Origin: Escherichia coli
Lineage (GTDB): Bacteria > Pseudomonadota > Gammaproteobacteria > Enterobacterales > Enterobacteriaceae
Strand: one strand, 5' to 3'
Length of the DNA stretch: 64,000 nucleotides
Assembly: GCF_013315695.1 (NCBI RefSeq)
Contig: NZ_CP054353.1
A program made the translations under genes and the position numbers. Below are positions 63,550 through 64,000 of the stretch, piece by piece. The notes beneath the pieces are model-generated. The model saw only the letters and a list, made by a program, of their open reading frames with translations. It made no database searches and was not told where the DNA came from. Each line of letters opens with the position of its first letter. Position 1 is the stretch's first letter.

Positions 63550-63825
63550 GTGGCTTCTGTTTCTATCAGCTGTCCCTCCTGTTCAGCTACTGACGGGGTG
63601 GTGCGTAACGGCAAAAGCACCGCCGGACATCAGCGCTATCTCTGCTCTCACTGCCGTAAAACATGGCAACTGCAGTTCACTTACACCGCTTCTCAACCCG
63701 GTACGCACCAGAAAATCATTGATATGGCCATGAATGGCGTTGGATGCCGGGCAACAGCCCGCATTATGGGCGTTGGCCTCAACACGATTTTACGTCACTT
63801 AAAAAACTCAGGCCGCAGTCGGTAA
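63550..63825 (+). CDS. insA: IS1 InsA
   Basis: Identical 91-aa ORF. Confidence 0.92.
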
Positions 63826-64000
63826 CCTCGCGCATACAGCCGGGCAGTGACGTCATCGTCTGCGCGGAAATGGACGAACAGTGGGGCTATGTCGGGGCTA
63901 AATCGCGCCAGCGCTGGCTGTTTTACGCGTATGACAGGCTCCGGAAGACGGTTGTTGCGCACGTATTCGGTGAACGCACTATGGCGACGCTGGGGCGTCT
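63744..64000 (+). CDS. insB: IS1 InsB' frame (3' end outside the window)
   Basis: It has the same offset from the IS end (249 nt) as in copy 3. Confidence 0.85.

Larger units (their letters stand above)
63495..64000 (+). mobile_element. IS1 copy 4 (runs off the window end)
   Basis: It starts with the same left end, ggtgatgctgccaacttactgat. The first 506 bp appear identical to copy 3. Confidence 0.95.

Overview
Escherichia coli chromosome. The conserved block is rtcB-like/prfH, pepD, gpt, frsA, crl, phoE, proB, proA and tRNA-Thr(CGU) thrW (1..8859). It is followed by a strain-specific island built at thrW and by the backbone genes yagU, ykgJ, ecpCDE, ykgR, ykgM, ykgO, a LysR regulator, three aldo-keto reductases, eaeH, ykgA, rclCBA, rclR and ykgEFG. 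Four apparently identical IS1 copies and one IS2 have rearranged the region. Swapped 9-bp target duplications show that recombination between two inverted IS1 copies inverted 22394..45807 (about 23.4 kb). A third IS1 removed the 5' part of the ecp pilus operon. Undoing the inversion gives this order: thrW, element E1, a degenerate thrW 3'-end repeat, element E2, a second thrW 3'-end repeat, an integrase 3' fragment, then yagU. E1 (8860..21625 plus 39524..45807) has a P4-family backbone: integrase, AlpA-like protein, AntA-like protein, Icd-like protein and a Zn-ribbon/Toprim/helicase primase. It also carries two copies of an iteron origin-like structure and, between them, four intact coupled genes resembling the P22 gene 14-7-20-16 ejection-protein set. 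No other virion genes are present. I think this is the most unusual thing in the window. E2 (32609..39505) holds a second integrase, a tail-gene fragment cut by IS2, and an AT-rich field of short repeats. I saw no nuclease, ATPase, reverse transcriptase, TIR, Sir2 or CRISPR signature of a known defence system. All protein family calls come from reading the translations and from memory, not from database searches.
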